From the IMG/VR virus record IMGVR_UViG_3300018877_000002: a stretch of 64,000 nucleotides of DNA, one strand, 5' to 3'. Shown one piece after another: positions 61,929 through 64,000 of this stretch (its first letter is position 1; each line of letters starts with the position of its first letter). Origin of the DNA: a virus. The notes under the pieces are model-generated. The model searched no databases and had not been told where the DNA came from. It saw only the letters and a program-made list of their open reading frames with translations. Position numbers and translations under genes: made by a program.

Positions 61929-63958
61929 GCTACATCCTCCTCACCCAAGGAATCAATATCTTGACCATCCTCCATTTCTACTTGATTGTAATTCTTGATG
62001 CTGTTCTTCGCCATATCCTTAATTCTGTTGAGAATATCCTTACGAACATCTTCTCTGTCTCTGCTGTACTTCGAAGCAAGACTTGCCAGATTATTCAGCT
62101 CCATATTATCGTATTTTTTCATATATGCTTCTGTCATCTTCGGCAAGTGCGCTTGGAAGTTGTGCGTCTTCCCCTTCCATCTGATAGAGAAGATGCCGCA
62201 ATGCTCCATCTTCATGAGATTGTTAAAATCCGCCATTGTATAAGGTTCAAGAATCTCTTCAAATTCACTAAACATATCACTACCGCCTTGCAAGAAGATG
62301 AGATTACAACCATTCTCCATGATTGACTTTTTAATTGCACTTGCATCATTTCTTCCAGCAGACGCAAGAGAAGACCAACCATGAAGAGTAAAAGTGTATC
62401 GACCAGAATATTTTCTAACCTCTTTAAAGATGTCCAGTAATACACGTACAACAATTGGGATATGAACAATTTGATGTAATTCATCCACAACCACAAGGGT
62501 TTCAGGTCTATACTCACGACCAGCGAAGCCCTTCTCCCTTGAAAGAAGAACATTCCATATTTTTACGAAGTAGTGAGCAAAGGTGAAGTGTCTAAATTGT
62601 TCCGTTACTCCACTCTTAGGGATATAGATGAGAACAAGATATGCGCCATCCTCATCACCATCCATCCACTTCCTCCAATTCATCTCGCACTTTCCGTTTT
62701 CGTCTCTTATTGGTCTTTGAGCAATGCACTGCCATAACTTCTTGTCTTTACGAAGCTGGTTAAGTCTATTCTGTATAGCATTTACAACGATCTTATTTTT
62801 ACCTTCACTTGCCATTTCATTGTATGTCTCCAAAGTCATTTGAAGCTCTTCGTCAGTGATGCTTGTTGCAATTTGCTCTCTGAAATCGTTGTCTACAAGT
62901 ATACGAATAGCCTCTGGAAGCCCATAATCTTTATCAGCGATATGAGCGCATTGCAAAGCCCAAGGAAGCCAGTTCTGTACGTTGATTGATTTTTCTCCTA
63001 CTACTGCATCTTCAATTAGCTTCATTTCCATTTCAGCAAGTTCAAAGGCAAAGTCAGGGTCTTGCAATACCTCCTTGTTAAATTCCTCAATATCAGCAAA
63101 GTTAAGTGGTATAGGTCTTGCATGATTAGAATGATTGAGTATAATAACCCTGTCCCTAAGCCACTCAGGGATTAGATTCCACACGTCAGTTATAATTTGA
63201 CCATCTGCAACATCAAATGCTACCACGCTTTTGCTTCGAATCTTCCATTCCTCGCGATTCTTTGCATCAGCGGCGAACGTATGCAAAATCTGCGTTTTTA
63301 ACCATTCTGATTTACCAGAGCCTTTTTTACCAGAAACAACGTTTATTTCACATCTGTCATCTAGAGCTTGTTTGCTAAGTGCCTTACGCCCCTTCTCAGT
63401 CCACCATTCACGCTCATAGCCGCCGAAATAGAGCGTTTTAGGCTGTTTATCAAGAGTGATTGCGAATGGTATAGCATCTTTATTAGAGTCAAAGAAGTCG
63501 TTGTCAACTTCCGCTCTGGTATGTCCATCTTGGTCAATAACTTTTTTGTATTCCTTCAGCAATTTGCGATTAGGCAAAGTGAGCATCTTGTTCATTTCGC
63601 CTTCAAAGAACAGATTCGAAGGCTTCATAAGCACAGGCTTGTTTTCCTCAACTGCTTTGATTGTCACTTTGATGCCATTTTGAGTCTTGATCTCTTTACA
63701 TACAAAGCTGTTGTCTCCATTTAATTGTTCGAAAGCAGTTTGGACTCCCTTGAGAATGTGCTTTGATTTTCTGCTATCTTTGGATTCTGCAACAACTCTG
63801 ATCTGAGTTTTGAATCCATGTGTATCTTGCTTGATCTTATGATCTGAATACTGTATTTCAAATGGTTGCTCGTCCTTTTTCTCTTCCACCTCCTCATTTG
63901 TGGCAAAGCTTTCTACGAGCTTTGTTGTCTCTTCCATGATAACAACCAGCGTGTCCAT
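61925..63958 (-). CDS. P-loop NTPase (FtsK/HerA/TraG-like)
   Basis: VVSGKKGSGKSEW (Walker A) and TLVVVDELHQIV (Walker B). 677 aa. Confidence 0.55.
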   Translation of the reverse strand: MDTLVVIMEETTKLVESFATNEEVEEKKDEQPFEIQYSDHKIKQDTHGFKTQIRVVAESKDSRKSKHILKGVQTAFEQLNGDNSFVCKEIKTQNGIKVTIKAVEENKPVLMKPSNLFFEGEMNKMLTLPNRKLLKEYKKVIDQDGHTRAEVDNDFFDSNKDAIPFAITLDKQPKTLYFGGYEREWWTEKGRKALSKQALDDRCEINVVSGKKGSGKSEWLKTQILHTFAADAKNREEWKIRSKSVVAFDVADGQIITDVWNLIPEWLRDRVIILNHSNHARPIPLNFADIEEFNKEVLQDPDFAFELAEMEMKLIEDAVVGEKSINVQNWLPWALQCAHIADKDYGLPEAIRILVDNDFREQIATSITDEELQMTLETYNEMASEGKNKIVVNAIQNRLNQLRKDKKLWQCIAQRPIRDENGKCEMNWRKWMDGDEDGAYLVLIYIPKSGVTEQFRHFTFAHYFVKIWNVLLSREKGFAGREYRPETLVVVDELHQIVHIPIVVRVLLDIFKEVRKYSGRYTFTLHGWSSLASAGRNDASAIKKSIMENGCNLIFLQGGSDMFSEFEEILEPYTMADFNNLMKMEHCGIFSIRWKGKTHNFQAHLPKMTEAYMKKYDNMELNNLASLASKYSRDREDVRKDILNRIKDMAKNSIKNYNQVEMEDGQDIDSLGEEDVA

Positions 63959-64000
63959 TATTTTATATAAAGCTACATGAAAAGGTGTGGTAGCTCGTCT

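Overview
This window is most of a large, low-GC, Firmicutes-type tailed phage or prophage. From memory, the gene content resembles SPbeta-like siphoviruses: a DnaE-type Pol III alpha, an alpha/beta SASP, a tape measure over 2200 aa with a lytic transglycosylase domain, an HU-like protein, and integrase-like genes inside the structural and regulatory blocks. All calls come from reading the sequence and the ORF track; no searches were run.

Layout:
- 1-18,000 (+): early, replication and auxiliary genes.
- 18,087-51,132 (-): lysis cassette, tail fibres, tail, head and packaging genes.
- 51,234-53,556 (-): array of about 15 tRNA genes with two internal sigma-A-type promoters and a nested HNH endonuclease.
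- 53,574-59,613 (-): PIN-PhoH, HU, a sigma-like regulator and a RecD-like helicase.
- 59,793-61,051 (+): a lone tyrosine-recombinase-fold gene plus a small ORF.
- 61,035-63,958 (-): a replication-relaxation-like gene and a P-loop ATPase.

The most notable region is the first operon (266-5585). It combines a MazG-like pyrophosphatase, NAMPT and NMNAT (NAD+ resynthesis), an RNA ligase, a macro domain and a ClpP-like protease. A NADAR-family gene lies at 14,457. I read this as a composite counter-defence island against NAD+-depleting, ADP-ribosylating and RNA-cleaving host immunity.

Other points worth a second look:
- Several tRNAs whose architecture does not match their anticodon.
- A SpeD-like pyruvoyl decarboxylase arranged as a moron with a consensus promoter.
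- A catalytically intact tyrosine recombinase inside the tail operon.
- A second recombinase-fold gene with a degenerate HxxR motif that may be a repressor.
- A 15/17-identical promoter spacer shared by two promoters 59 kb apart.
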